64,000 nucleotides of DNA from Octopus vulgaris (lineage: Eukaryota): NCBI GenBank assembly GCA_951406725.2, contig OX597815.1, positions 128,960,001-129,024,000 on the forward strand, given 5' to 3'. A program made the translations under genes and the position numbers. Below the pieces are notes generated by a model. That model saw nothing but the letters and a program-made list of their open reading frames with translations. It made no database searches and was not told the origin of the DNA. How positions within the stretch are numbered: the stretch's first letter is position 1; each line of letters starts with the position of its first letter. Shown here one piece after another: positions 27,153-41,753 of the stretch.

Positions 27153-28389
27153 ATATAAAGAAACGTATTTTAAGAAATTATTTCGGGAATTATTCAAGAG
27201 TTCATAACATCCATGGATGACTTTAGCTGAGTGTACATTCTGGTGAAGAGTCCAGTCTAAGGATAAATTCATCCCTTTTACTCATCCCAGTCACTGAGGT
27301 TCTGAAAAAGTTCGTGAGTATTGACCTTTCTCTTATGAATGACCGATGCGAAAGCACCAAAAAAAAGAAAAAAAAGACATAAACACGGGTTTCTGACCGA
27401 AGCCATTCTAGTTCAAATATGCCGTAGAATGCCTTTAAGGAAGTCGTGAGTATCTCAGTTTTCATATTCTCCTTCCATGCGTTTTAGCATGAGATCTGTT
27501 AATTGAAATATTTATAGGTCACGTTCATTTCGACAAGACTTCAGGAATTCATTGGGTACAAATTAGAACGAAATAAAAATTGCCTTAAAGCTGTAATTCT
27601 AAATTTTCAAATCAAGAAATGTCTGAGAAATACTTGAACCAATTAATTATTACTTAATTATAGTTATGAAGATATTTCATTTTACATTGCGAATAATAGA
27701 AACAGAGCTTGGTGGCGGGGGGAGATAGAGACCGAGGAAAGAGAGAGAGTAAAGAAAAAGAAAGTAAAAGGACAGACTGCAGTAAAGTAACCGGTAGACA
27801 TAAAAACAGAGAAGCGAGAGAGAAAGAGAGAGAGAGAGAGAAGGGAAGATGACAGAGAGGAGAGAGGGGGAGAGAGGAGGAGACAGAATCGACGCTAGAA
27901 ACTGTAAAAAATGGATAGAAAGCAAACGACAACAGAGAAGGAGAGTAAGAGGTAGAGGAATATAAAGGGAAGTGTGTGTGTGGGAAGGGGGGCGATCCTT
28001 CGGTATTAGTAGACGACATCATTCACCCACAAAACCTTCCCTCATGAGATGGATGAAGAGGCTAGGCTGAAAACGAGGATGAATGACGTCTCCTCATACC
28101 AACATTCTGTATACCAATACCGATGGATCGCTATATATATATATAGCAAAAATTTAGATTCAGATGAATATGGTACTTAAGTTGAGGCACCAGAATTTAG
28201 TACGGTATTATCCATACAATTTCAAAATAAGGTGATTAAAATCAAAATAAGCAACAAGGATATCCAGAGGTTACGACCATACTGTTGTAGATACATGTTC
28301 TTTGTTTATCTCCTTAACTTCCTGGAGATTTTAGGTATAATTATACTAATGTGTCCATCTGTTGTAATCTAATTAAATTCTATGTCTTT

Positions 28390-28478
28390 GTGCAGCTGAA
28401 GATTGCTCTACATTTTAAATTGATGTAATGATTGCATTGTTCAATTAAATGGAGTTGCATGAAAGGATCGTACTGCAT
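28390..28478 (+). ncRNA. Hammerhead ribozyme with long stem II and one stem III mismatch
   Basis: GTGCAG-CTGAAGA-long hairpin-GAAA-G-GATC-G-TA-CTGCAT; sister fragment at 17481-17497 reads GAAA-C-GGTC-G-TA-CTGCA. Confidence 0.7.
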
Positions 28479-28516
28479 TACCTTTGGATATCCTTGTCGC
28501 TTATTTTGATTATATA

Positions 28517-28563
<47 letters not shown>

Positions 28564-29335
28564 ACTATCCATATATATAGGTGTATGTGTGTGTGTGTGT
28601 ATGTGTACATAAAGAGAAAGAGAGATAACGAGGAATGGAGGGTGAATGACAGAGAAAAATATATAATCCGTCGGGGAAGACAGCGTCTATCATAAGCAAC
28701 CACTATGCAAATAATAGAAAGGTGTAAAAACAAATAGGGAACAAAATTGATTCCTTTCGTAACCACGTAGTTCTGGGTTCGATCTCATCCAGCGGCATTT
28801 TGAGCAGGTGCCTTTTATTATAGCCGTGTGTTGTGAGTGGAGTTTGTAAGCGGAAATTGTGTGAAGGCCAGTTGGATAGAACGATTTTAAAAGGTATCCG
28901 ATGCTTGGATGTTTACCTGAATAGCAGGAGTGGGGTGTTTAATCCATACCTGCATGAAAGTAAGTGCATTTTATCGTACCTGCGCGCCCCACCATGACTG
29001 CAACCACAGGTCCCCTGCCCCGACCTTCCATCAATGCCCTTGAGCCCAGCAAAAAGTGTTTGATCAAAACATACACCAAGGCACCTATGTACACACACGC
29101 ACACATCCCTATAAGGTGGACACCCTACAAAATAAACTGTTCCCACCCCACAACATATACCCCTTCACACAAAGTGTACCCCCACATATACAGAGCCCCT
29201 CACACATACCGCACGCTAACATAGCCCCCACCTCATCGACTTTATCCTTTAGAGAAAGAAAACAGACCAACGAACACAGTTATATACACCTACACCCTAA
29301 GAAGAAATTATACATAAGATACCGCTACAAATACC

Positions 29336-29564
29336 TATTTCTTTATTACCCACAAGGGGCTAAACACAGAGGGGACAAACAAGGACAGACATAGGTATTA
29401 AGTCGATTACATCGACCCCAGTACGTAACTGGTACTTAATTTATCGACCCCGAAAGGATGAAAGGCAAAGTCGACCTCGGCGGAATTTGAACTCACAACG
29501 TAACGCAGACGAAATACCGCTAAGCATTTCGCCCGGCGTGCTAACGTTTCTGCCAGCTCGCCGC
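29336..29564 (-). mobile_element. SINE family B monomer (alternative tail), young
   Basis: Perfect flanking duplication CCGCTACAAATACC. Confidence 0.9.
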
Positions 29565-29917
29565 TACAAATACCATATACTCCATCCCCACAGGAGCACC
29601 ACATTAATAATACACACTTCCCCCACTTCAAGATAACTCTTGCCGGCTTCACAGCATACCCAACCAAGAGATATAACTCCTAAACTAATCCTCTGGCCCC
29701 TTTTTCATTTCACCACCTTTTTCACAGAAGCCGCTAACCTATTGTCCTAATCCACCTTCAAAGATGGAGAGCAGTCGCCATATTCCCTTCCATATCGGCT
29801 AACTACGATGAGCGTACAGTTATATAGTCGGTTTGTTACCTAACACTCCGTTGTATTTTTTACACTAAAACGATTCGTAAGACCAACCGTGATGGATATT
29901 TAATACTATACATTTTG

Positions 29918-29963
<46 letters not shown>

Positions 29964-30005
29964 TTGGCTTTACTTTCAAAATCCGGTTTATTTCAGGACA
30001 CACCT

Positions 30006-30073
<68 letters not shown>

Positions 30074-30097
30074 AACACACACACACATACATATATA

Positions 30098-31025
30098 TAT
30101 GAGGTGTGTCCTGAAATAAACCGGATTTTGAAAGTAAAGCCAACCAGCTGACATAGTGTGCTCTCAAATACAATGCTGTGTATGAGTGAACTTGAACTTC
30201 TGTCTTAGAGTAGCCACATCATACCATGTCTGATAGTTAATTATCTACACGTCTGGTTCACTCGGAACTCTGTCGCAAATTGGACAATAAAAAATTTAGA
30301 AGAGCGACGCGTTTGTGTCAAATTCGTTTAAAATAGATTTTTACAGAGACTTTCCCCATGCTGAAACAAGCCTAGTAAGGGGATTGCTTGAGCCATAAAA
30401 AAAAATGTCATGTGCATTACCAATACTGGTTTGAAATTTTAGCACAAAGCCAGGAAATACAGGGGAGGGGTTAGTCGATTACATCGACCACAGTGTGTAA
30501 CTGGTACTTATTCTATCGATCCCGAAAGGATAAAAGGCAAAGTCGACCTCGACTGCACTTGAACTCAGAACGTAAAGACAGATGAAATACTGCTAAACAT
30601 CTTGTCCGGCGTGCTAATGATTCTGCTAGCTTACCGCCTGACGAGTATTATTAATACTACAAAACGGGATGAACGTTCATTGAAACGGAGTCCCAAATTT
30701 GGATAACATTCTCATGATAATGGACGACGATAACATTGCGAAAGTATGTGCTATCATCCACGAAAAACCGTTGTTTGACTCTCCATGACGTTTCCTAACA
30801 AGTAAATGCATTTGTAAAAGTCTGAACCATAGGATTTTAAAGTAAAATAAACGATCTACCTTGTTATCACAAAAGTTGGTTGACATGAATAAAAAGAGTA
30901 CCGAGTTACAGTCAGTTAAGAGTTGTTTGATGGTTCGAATGATGATGAAAACTTTCTAAAAAGAATGTCATAACTGGAGATGAAACGTAGGTATAATGCT
31001 ACAATGTGAAAATAAAGTAATAGTC
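30098..31025 (+). mobile_element. Decayed mariner, 5' half, with nested SINE
   Basis: TA-TGAGGTGTGTCC TIR; EERRVCVKF, DDENFLKR, ITGDET fragments. Confidence 0.75.
30428..30639 (-). mobile_element. SINE family B inside the mariner
   Basis: Similarity to the other copies. Confidence 0.85.
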
Positions 31026-31292
31026 ATTTTCCGACCCTATAATAATGGGGAGCAAACGGTAGACTGTTCCGGGCTTCAAGAGAACTGAAGCAGGGCCAAT
31101 GATTATGTGGAGGATCCCTCCCTAAAAAAATTTAAAAATTAAAAGGCCACTTTTTTTGAGAAAACAAACCTCATTTCCCGGAACCCCAAAACAGCCCTGT
31201 GCTGTCTTGTCAACTTTCTCTCGGTCATCTTGGTCGTTTTAGTGAATTGGATCTTCATCGCCATGACCAAGAAAAAGAGAAAAAGACCCATC

Positions 31293-31688
31293 GAGTGGCT
31301 GTGTGGTAAGTAGCTTGCTTACCAACCACATGGTTCCGGATTCAGTTCCACTGCGTGGCACCTTGGGCAAGTGTCTTCTACTATAGCCTCGGGCCGACCA
31401 AAGCCTTGTGAGTGGATTTGGTAGACGGAAACTAAAAGAAGCCCGTCGTATATATGTATATGTATGCGTGTGTATATGTTTGTGTGTCTGTGTTTGTCTC
31501 CCCAATATCACTTGACAATCGATACTGGTGTGTCTGCGTCCCCGTAGCTTGGCGGTTCGGCAGATGAGACCGATAGAATAAGTACTGGGGTTACAAAGAA
31601 TAAGTTCTGTGGTCGATTTGCTCGACTAAAGGCGGTGCTCCAACATGGACACAATTAAATGACTGAAACAAGTAAAAGAGTAAAAGAG
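31293..31688 (+). mobile_element. SINE family A
   Basis: Similarity to the other copies. Confidence 0.9.
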
Positions 31689-34013
31689 TTGCTCAAATGA
31701 GATGATGTTGATCATCTTTTTTTTATAGGAAGAGCATTGTTCCACGTGATGACGATTATCAGAGAGATTTAGAAAAAGAGCATCGATCAAAGGCAATGGA
31801 CTGGTAGACCCGTTAAAGGGTGGGATGAGATGTTTTGCGGTATTAGTTCTGATTCTTTGTATTCTGAAGCAAAGCGTGCAAAACGACACAGGTGCCAGAC
31901 TATAGTGAGCAGAGTCAGTGTCCTTTCCTTTGAATAAACATCGGCAGCGTAGAGATTGAAGACTTCCACGATAGTCTTCCAAGTAAATAATCTTATCCAG
32001 GTCTGGATACACACGTGCAGATGCATAATCACCACTGACCGATGGAAGCCCCTATAAGGAAGGGGTGAAGAAAAACAACACGTGTTTTTTATCTGATGTC
32101 ATTGGTAATGCTTTTTTCTTAGAACCTGGGCTTAAGATAAATTTCGAAACTGTCTGTTGAACTGACAACTGACCTCAATATATAATTGGTAATTTAGGTA
32201 ATTTAGGAAAGGGGGACTAAAAAAATGGCCAAGAACCATTGATCTACACCATCAATCAATCGCTCATCATTAGAATCTCTATCCTATCACACGTTAGTCT
32301 TCAGAAGAAGGAAGGACACACTGGATATTATTGCCTGAACAGAAAACGTAATGGTCACAACCGGAACACATTTGATCAAAGTGACCCGACACTAAACAAC
32401 AACAACTATTACTGCAATGAGTTATGTAGCTGCTTGACAAGCTAGGAATAACAGTCAAATTTTCCTCATATCACAACTATTATCTTACGAAAGGATGGAT
32501 GCATTAGACAATGTAGTCAAAGAAAATGAAGTAGAGTGGCTATGGCTGGAGCGCCTTAGATCACAGGGTTTTTATCATCAGGGCTGACCTGGGACTAGCA
32601 ATAACAACAACAGTAACGACAATTAATGGAAACTTACATTGTTTTGCACTGGCTCGCTTCTGCCTTGATTAAGCAGACATTTTAAATACTTGGTTTCAAC
32701 AATATATCTACATCTCTCTCTCCCTCTCTCTCGCACACACACACACACACGCACACTTTCTCTCTCTCTCTTTCTCTCTCATTCTCTCTCTCTCTTTCTC
32801 TCTCATTCTCTCTTTCTCTCTCATTCTCTCTTTCTCTCTCATTCTCTCTCTCTCATTCTCTCTCTCTCTCTTTCTCTGATCCAATGTCGTCGACACAGCA
32901 CTTAAACTGTGTAATCTGAGCATCTTCAGTGCATTGAGAGAGAGGGGGAAAGGAGAGAAAGAGTGAGCCTAGAATTGAAGTAAGCAAACGAGAGAGAGCG
33001 GGGGGATTGTGGAAGAGTTGGAGAGACAGAGGGAGGATGGGAGAAGGAGATTTAATGAAAGACTAAAGCATGTGAAAGGAGAGATAGAACTAGAGAGAAA
33101 GAGATTAAAGATGATGAAAGACACGGTGTAAGAAAGAACAAAAGAAAGAATGGTAGACCATAAAAAAGAAAAGAAAAAGAAAAAATGGTAGAAAATAACA
33201 GGAATGGTAGAAAATATGACGGAGCGGTAGAATATGATAAACAAAGATTGGTAGAAGATGAAATTGACAGATAGAAGGAATGAGTGGAATAACGCATATT
33301 CAGAAAGATTTACTGAACGAAAGAAATAATGGTAAAAAGATTATATTAAGGTGGGGAAAGTAGTTAGGAAGAAGGAAAGTAAGGAAAAAAAATGAAAGAT
33401 GGTAAAAAAAATTGAAAAAAAAAAATGAAGGAAATAAATCAGAGAAGGAAAGTTCAGTAAATGTAGAAAGAGAAAAAAAGTTACGGGATTATGAAAATAA
33501 TATAATCAGTGTGTGTGTGTGTGTGTGTGTGCGTGTGTGTGTGTGTGTGTGTGTAGTAAACATCGTCACTATCAGCTTGAGCTTGCTCGGATTCGCATGA
33601 CACTAATAGCTCTATCTTCATGGTATGTGATAGTTTCTTTCGATTGCCTCCGTCCCCCCCTCTCTTTCTCTCTCTCTCATGTGTACATATATGTGTATGT
33701 ATGTGTGTGCAGACATGAATGTCTGCTTGTATGTAAGTGATTAAAAAAATACTGTATGCTGGTACCCGCACTTTTTCAGCATGTTTTCAACCACACCGAC
33801 TGGTGTATTCCAAGACAGGAAGAGCGTCTTTACCACACTCTGTCTTACTGACAACAAGCTCTACAACCCGTGGAGAGTCTGGGTTGAAACCAAAATGAAG
33901 GAAGAGATATCATGTGCGAGTTCTTGGTAGTGGATGACTGTTATCTCAGTGCGGGCAACTCGGAGTCTAAATGCATGAACTGGTTCTCATCTGCCTACGA
34001 TGCTTTCAGCTAT

Positions 34014-34062
<49 letters not shown>

Positions 34063-34369
34063 TATACACACAAACAAACACTCTTCATAAAGAGTATGTG
34101 ACGTCCTAATTGCGGTCAAAAACCAGATTTCGTAGAGTTAATAAGTTGATCTATCTTAGCTACCTGCCTACTCTCTCGAGAATGGAATTGTCCACGAAGG
34201 ACTACAGAGTCAGTAGTAGAATTGCCAAGACCAGCATGTCTGTATGTGGTAAGGTCTCAGCTAGCAGACCAAACAGAAGATCTTACAAAGAGAGCCAGAT
34301 GAAGTTACTAGCAGGTGGAGCAGCCGCCCGGGTCGACAACGGCTCGAGGGTGCAACATCTTGTTGATTT

Positions 34370-34795
34370 TATATTATTTGTCTTGCCGTGGCTGGAAGAA
34401 GGGGAAGTGCCCCTCATTTTTATAGGACCTTCGTGACCTTAATGCCGTTAATGTTCCATTTAAAACAGCTGCGGATGACACCTGCAGGAAAGACATGAGC
34501 GAGAACATTCCAGAGGGTCGACGAACGGCGGAGCAAGGAGTGGGAAAGTGCTTAGTGCGGAACTGGGAGGAATGATGGTCATAACAAGTGTGACGAAAAA
34601 TATATTTCTTTACTGCCCACAAGGGGCTAAACATAGAGGGGACAAACAAGGACAGACGAAGGGATTAAGTCGATTATATCGCCCCCAGTGCGAAACTGGT
34701 ACTTTATTTATCGACCCCAGACGAAAAATGGGAAGACGAGTGGGTCGAGGGAGCCTGAGTAGTGGAGGTACGAGAGCCAGCTCTAAAGAACAGAT
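34370..34795 (-). mobile_element. Old LINE 3' remnant split by a SINE
   Basis: CSLELALVPP..RPTR..RTKHF..TLWN..HVFP; GACGAAAAA duplicated on both sides of the SINE at 34603-34719. Confidence 0.55.
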
Positions 34796-34943
34796 CTTTG
34801 AAATCAAATGGCAAATGAATAAAATAACAGGTTCATTCTTAAATTTAATAAATTGTAATGTCTTATTCTAACTCTTACAGGTTTTATTCAATCGCAAAAG
34901 TTACACACACACGCGCACACGCAAACACACATATGCATACATA

Positions 34944-35010
<67 letters not shown>

Positions 35011-35012
<2 letters not shown>

Positions 35013-35199
35013 GCGTAGGAGTGGCTGTGTGGTACTTAGGTTGCTTACCAGCCACATGGTTCCGGGTTCAGTCCCACTGCGTGGCACCTTGGGCAAGTGT
35101 CTTCAACTATAGCCTCGGGCCGACCAAAACCTTGTGAGTGGATTTGGTAGACGGAAACTGAAAGAAGCCCGTCGTATATATGTATATGTATGTGTGTAT

Positions 35200-35262
<63 letters not shown>

Positions 35263-35453
35263 TGTGTATGTGTTTATCCCCCACCATCGCTTGATGTTGG
35301 TGTGTTTACGTCCTCGTAACTTAGCGGTTCAGCAAAAGAGACCGATAGAGTAAGTACTGGGCTTACAAAGAATAAGTACTGGGGTCGATTTGCTCGACTA
35401 AAGGCGGTGCTCCAGCATTGCCACATTCAAATGACTGAAACAAATAAAAGAAT
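35011..35453 (+). mobile_element. SINE family A, full length
   Basis: AGGCGTAGGAGTGGCTGTGTGG head through ACTGAAACAAATAAAAGA tail. Confidence 0.9.
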
Positions 35454-35517
35454 ATATATATATAAGAGCGATAGTACTATTAAAAATACCATAGCTTGTG
35501 GCAGCGAATACATATAC

Positions 35518-35583
<66 letters not shown>

Positions 35584-35639
35584 ACATACTCAGGCACGCA
35601 CGCGTTTATGTTTGTTTTACACAGCAGGCATAACGTGTC

Positions 35640-35764
35640 ATGAAGTTTAATTGGGCCCATATGAACCACCTGCGCAAAATACTGCACATTCTTCGACACC
35701 ACAATCTCTCCTGGTGTTGTATCAATAAATCCCTTTCCCAGGTTCCATCACTGATATTAGAAGA
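35640..35764 (+). CDS. Candidate coding exon 1 of a hypothetical spliced gene
   Basis: Acceptor TTTGTTTTACACAG upstream, GTC-ATG start, donor GA|GTGAGA, frame open. Confidence 0.25.
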
Positions 35765-36032
35765 GTGAGAAGGTTTCCTCAGGAAATGAAAAAAAAACCT
35801 GAATCTTACAGTCACACGCACGCGCGCGCGCGCACGCACACACACACAAGCATTAGATGTAACTCAATTTCAACAACGCATATTCAGGAAAAAGTTTCAT
35901 GCATAAAAACATGCAATACAGGCCCGACATCGCATATATTTCTTCGAGATATTTTGTGGAGAAACCGAAGTGCGCCCTGTATGCCATCAAATACTTTACA
36001 TACACATATGTGATTATAAACACATACAAATA

Positions 36033-36260
36033 CAGGGTACTATTTAAGAAGAGTGGTCCCGGTGCGCACACTCGCGTACTCACGCATCCGCACTAGCTAG
36101 TCGTGACTAATCGATCCTTACTTTGTGTAAAAAAATTTATTTTGTGTTTTATTTACTTTGCTCGGTAGTCTTGTAGGATCGACAAGTTACGACTAGCTAG
36201 CGCGGATGCGCGAGTACGCGAGGGCGCGCACCGGGACCACTCTTCTTAAATAGTACCCAG
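36033..36260. mobile_element. MITE with ~80-bp TIRs
   Basis: GGGTACTATTTAAGAAGAGTGGTCCCGGTGCGC... and its reverse complement at 36175-36258. Confidence 0.85.
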
Positions 36261-36374
36261 ATGCAGACGGTAACTTGTTATATTCGCATAAGCGTAAATT
36301 TTCCGCATAACTTTATGCCCCTGTTTATTAGTGTGTGTGAGTGTGAATGAATGGATATAATATCTATTTATATG

Positions 36375-36769
36375 CTTTTCTACTCTAGGCACAAGGCCCG
36401 AAATTTTAGTTAGGAGGAGGTTAGTCGATTAGATCGACTCAGTACGCAGCTGGTACTTAATTTATCGACCCCGAAAGGATGAAAGGCAAAGTGACCTCGG
36501 AGGAATTTGAACTCAGAACGTAAAGACAGACGAAATACCTATTTCTTTACTACCTACAAGGGGCTAAACACTGAGGGGACAAACGAGGACAGACAAACGG
36601 ATTAAGTCGATTATATCGACACCAGTGCGTAACTGGTACTTATTTAATCGACCCCGAAAGGATGAAAGGCAAAGTCGACCTCGGAGGAATTTGAACTCAG
36701 AACGTAGCGGCAGACGAAATACCGCTAAGCAGTTCACCTGGCGTGCTAACGATTCTGCCAGCTCGCCGC
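36375..36769 (-). mobile_element. SINE family B dimer
   Basis: Two units with different tails. Confidence 0.9.
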
Positions 36770-36956
36770 TTTAACATATAATTATATTGGCATGTAAAAT
36801 GTGCTTACACCATAGTATATCTGATGCATTCACGTCATATTGACAAACAGTCATCTTAGTGACACGCATACATATTTTAGATACACAAACATACAGTATA
36901 ATGTATACAACTATATATATATATATGCATGTAATATATTAAACACACACACACAT

Positions 36957-36995
<39 letters not shown>

Positions 36996-37134
36996 AAACA
37001 CACATACCCATATAAACATACAAATGTGAAATATATAACTACAAATAGTGCAAATACACACACACACACAATGTGTTTGTGTATATATATTTATACAGAC
37101 CCACGCGGATAGACAGACAGACAGACAGGCAGGC

Positions 37135-37225
<91 letters not shown>

Positions 37226-37269
37226 CAGGCAGACAGGCAGACAGGCAGACAGACAGGCGGACAGACAAG

Positions 37270-37390
<121 letters not shown>

Positions 37391-37562
37391 ATTATTTCAT
37401 TTACTAGCTATGACATTAATGTAATTGTTACATAGGAAATCTACAAAACAACACGACAAAACTGAAATTACTTTTTCGTTGAAAAATATATTTGAAATGC
37501 TAGAATATATAAAGCAAAAGAAATGACCACGCTTCCTCAAATAATGCTAGAATTCTTACCAG

Positions 37563-37641
37563 AGTTTGGAGACTTAGTCATACAGATATCGACTGCGTTA
37601 TGTCATCTACGTTTAAAGAAGCATGCTACGGAGAAGATTTA
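37563..37641 (+). CDS. Candidate coding exon 2
   Basis: TTCTTACCAG|...TTA|GTAAGG; phase 2/0; VWRLSHTDIDCVMSSTFKEACYGEDL. Confidence 0.25.
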
Positions 37642-37649
37642 GTAAGGTC

Positions 37650-37686
<37 letters not shown>

Positions 37687-37729
37687 TACATGCACAGATA
37701 CACACACTACTACACAGACATACACAGGC

Positions 37730-37835
37730 AGATAGACAGACAGTCAGACAGACATAGATAGACCGGTAGATAGACAGACAAATAAACAGATAGATGGATA
37801 GACAGACAGACAGACACACAGACAGACAGACAGAC

Positions 37836-37914
<79 letters not shown>

Positions 37915-37937
37915 CAGACAAGGACAGACAGACATAC

Positions 37938-38000
<63 letters not shown>

Positions 38001-38043
38001 CAGACAGACAAGGACAGACAGACAGACAGACAGACAGATAGAC

Positions 38044-38098
<55 letters not shown>

Positions 38099-38113
38099 CA
38101 GACAGATAAATAA

Positions 38114-38162
<49 letters not shown>

Positions 38163-38177
38163 CAGACAGATAAATAA

Positions 38178-38226
<49 letters not shown>

Positions 38227-38233
38227 CAGACAG

Positions 38234-38331
<98 letters not shown>

Positions 38332-38346
38332 CAGACAGATAAATAA

Positions 38347-38415
<69 letters not shown>

Positions 38416-38430
38416 CAGACAGATAAATAA

Positions 38431-38495
<65 letters not shown>
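37730..38495. repeat. Compound (GATA)n/(GACA)n microsatellite
   Basis: Direct reading. Confidence 0.95.
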
Positions 38496-38496
<1 letters not shown>

Positions 38497-38610
38497 GATT
38501 ACATATCACTGTAAGCATGTCATTTTATATCTGTACAGAGGTATTTACTTCGTTTTAGTGAGCACAACACTACACTACACGTGCATGTAAATATAGGAAG
38601 GTTACAACAG

Positions 38611-38659
<49 letters not shown>

Positions 38660-38753
38660 TGTGTGGGGGGTGCGTGTGTGAAAACTCCTAAATATTACGT
38701 TTGTAGAAATGTCATTGTGTGTCGATTGAAAATAATCTATGTGCGTAAATATG

Positions 38754-38784
<31 letters not shown>

Positions 38785-39101
38785 AACGTTGCATAAGAAT
38801 AATGAGTATAAGTGTGTGTATACGTATGTTCGTTCATCTACCAGTGTATAATTAGATAGGATAAAATAAATCGATTAGTATTTATCTGGATCCGTCAGTA
38901 AGCTAACTGAAATAAAGTAAATTACATATACGAGTGAAAACGTGGATGTATTGTAGGGATCCACGTATACATACATAACGATATATAACATGCATGCGTA
39001 TTTACACACACACATATATATATCATATATATGATCCATATATATATATGCATGCACACATACACACATACACACATACATGTATACTTATGTATGTGTG
39101 C

Positions 39102-39152
<51 letters not shown>

Positions 39153-39332
39153 TTCGTACGCGTAGATAGGTTATAGCTGGATCCCAGTAAACAATAAACA
39201 TACAAACACATGCACGCGAGCACACACACTCATATACACGAAACAAAACTGTCAATTCACTCTTCACTCGTACACACACACACACGTACACACATGTGTG
39301 TGTGTGTGTGTGAGTGCATGTATGTGTGCGTG

Positions 39333-39451
<119 letters not shown>

Positions 39452-39559
39452 TATATACACAGACAGATAGATAGATATGTATGTATTTACACACAAACAT
39501 ACTCACACACAGATACACACGTGTGTGTGTGTGTGTGTGTGCGTGTAGATTATAGATAT

Positions 39560-39666
<107 letters not shown>

Positions 39667-39698
39667 CGGATAGATACACACACGCATACACACTCGCA

Positions 39699-39770
<72 letters not shown>

Positions 39771-40399
39771 AACAAACAAACAAACAAACACACGCACGCC
39801 ATCATAGAACATTTCCGTGGGAAAAACAGTCAAAGAAAATTTCTTACCGATTACAGAAGTGTGAAGAAACAATAATTGAGACAAATTGAAGAAAATGCTA
39901 AAGAAATATATAAATGAAATTGAGAAACTTACACGCTGCCGATTATATATATATATAGAATATATATATATATAAATATATTGTAAATATATAATGAGTT
40001 AATACGTAAATTTATATCCGAGTAATATTGTGTAGGTTATGAAGTAAAGTAAAACTTGTCTTTAGCACTAAGTTTTGTTTTTTGCTGTCAACCAACAACT
40101 ACTGTTCTTCTCACTGAGGGAAGTAATAAAACACAGTCTTGTGTAACGTACGCCAGTTTCTATAGAGTGTGTGTATGTGTGTAAGTGTGTGTGTTTATTG
40201 GAAAGACAGAGAGGAAGTGAGGGAGAGAGAGAGAGACAGGAAAGAGGGCACGGCCGTGTGTGTGTGTGTCAATGTGTGTGTGTATGTATGTGAGTGTGTC
40301 AGTGTGTGTGTGTATGTATGTATGTATGTATGTGTGTTGAGAAAAAAAGAGAGGGAGGGAGACAAGGAAGAGGGGCACGGCTTTGTGTATGTGAGTGTA

Positions 40400-40447
<48 letters not shown>

Positions 40448-40528
40448 AGAGAGACGGAGAGGAACAGGAAGAGAGAGCACGGGAAGAGGAGTATATCTGT
40501 ATATATACCATATACATACACACATATA

Positions 40529-40565
<37 letters not shown>

Positions 40566-40964
40566 ATGTATGTATGAGTGTGTGTGTTTATTCTCTCGTG
40601 TGTCCTGTTTATGAATGTATATTTGTGTGTGGGCTCTAGTGTAAGTGCTTATGCTTGCTAATATGTATGAGTAGTGTGTGTCATATCGGCGTGTATTTAT
40701 TGTAAGTTATTTATGTGTGTATATGACTCAGTTTTTGTGTGAGTGGATGCGTTAATGTGTGTGCAAGCTTTAAGAGTGCGTGGTTACTTTGTAAACGCGC
40801 GTAATCAATGCGTTTGCGTATGAGAGTGAGCGGATGGATTCTCAGTTCTTTGTGAATGCCATTTCGAAGGCGTGTATAACGCAAGAGTTCTTTGTTTATA
40901 TGCGTGCGAGCGTGTGGTACGTCTTGTGTTTGTGTGTGCGTGCGTGTGGTACGTCTTGTGTTTG

Positions 40965-41013
<49 letters not shown>

Positions 41014-41145
41014 GCGTGTGTGCGTGTGGCGATTGAGATTCTGTGTTACGTCAAAGTACAGATGAATCTTATCAAATGTTTGTTTACGTTTCTGCATTTG
41101 CACATGAATGCATGCCATGCACGTATGTATGCAATATATGTGTGA

Positions 41146-41200
<55 letters not shown>

Positions 41201-41553
41201 TGTATGCATGTACCAGTTATTAGTTCTGAGTATATATATAATATATTTAGGATCTTTTCTTTATATTTATTTATTTATTTATATATGTACGTATGCATAC
41301 AATGTTTAGTGAAGAGTTTGTTTACATATGTGGTCAGTGTGCGCGTTATTGTTCCGACTCGTTCTATTAAGAAAGTATGTCTTCACAAGATAGAAATATA
41401 TTTAATAAGAAAGGATGTGAGAGAGTGATAGTGAGGAAGAGAGATAACGAAAGTAGGAGAGAAAAGCATGAGGGGGGGAAAATGATAGATAAACAGTGTA
41501 TATGCATCTATGTTTCTATATACATAATTATTTATTTATTTACATGTATTTGT

Positions 41554-41608
<55 letters not shown>

Positions 41609-41753
41609 GGTATACTTAAAGCGGGTGTCGTGAATAATTTTACTTGCAGCAGATCGTGCGATTCATTGTTTACGCTACATGTTCAAGTGTATGTGTTTTC
41701 TTGGAAGCAACGTGTTCATGGGGCTCCGCGCGCGTCTTATGTGTACTTTTAGT

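Noticed and set aside
35645-35750. Alternative minus-strand exon with a strong acceptor
   Set aside because: The most protein-like frame starts with TGA and no partner exons were found; noted as a caveat to the + strand model.
37613-38518. 301-aa ORF and the many IYIY/THTH/CVCV/MYVC ORFs
   Set aside because: Translations of stop-free microsatellites.
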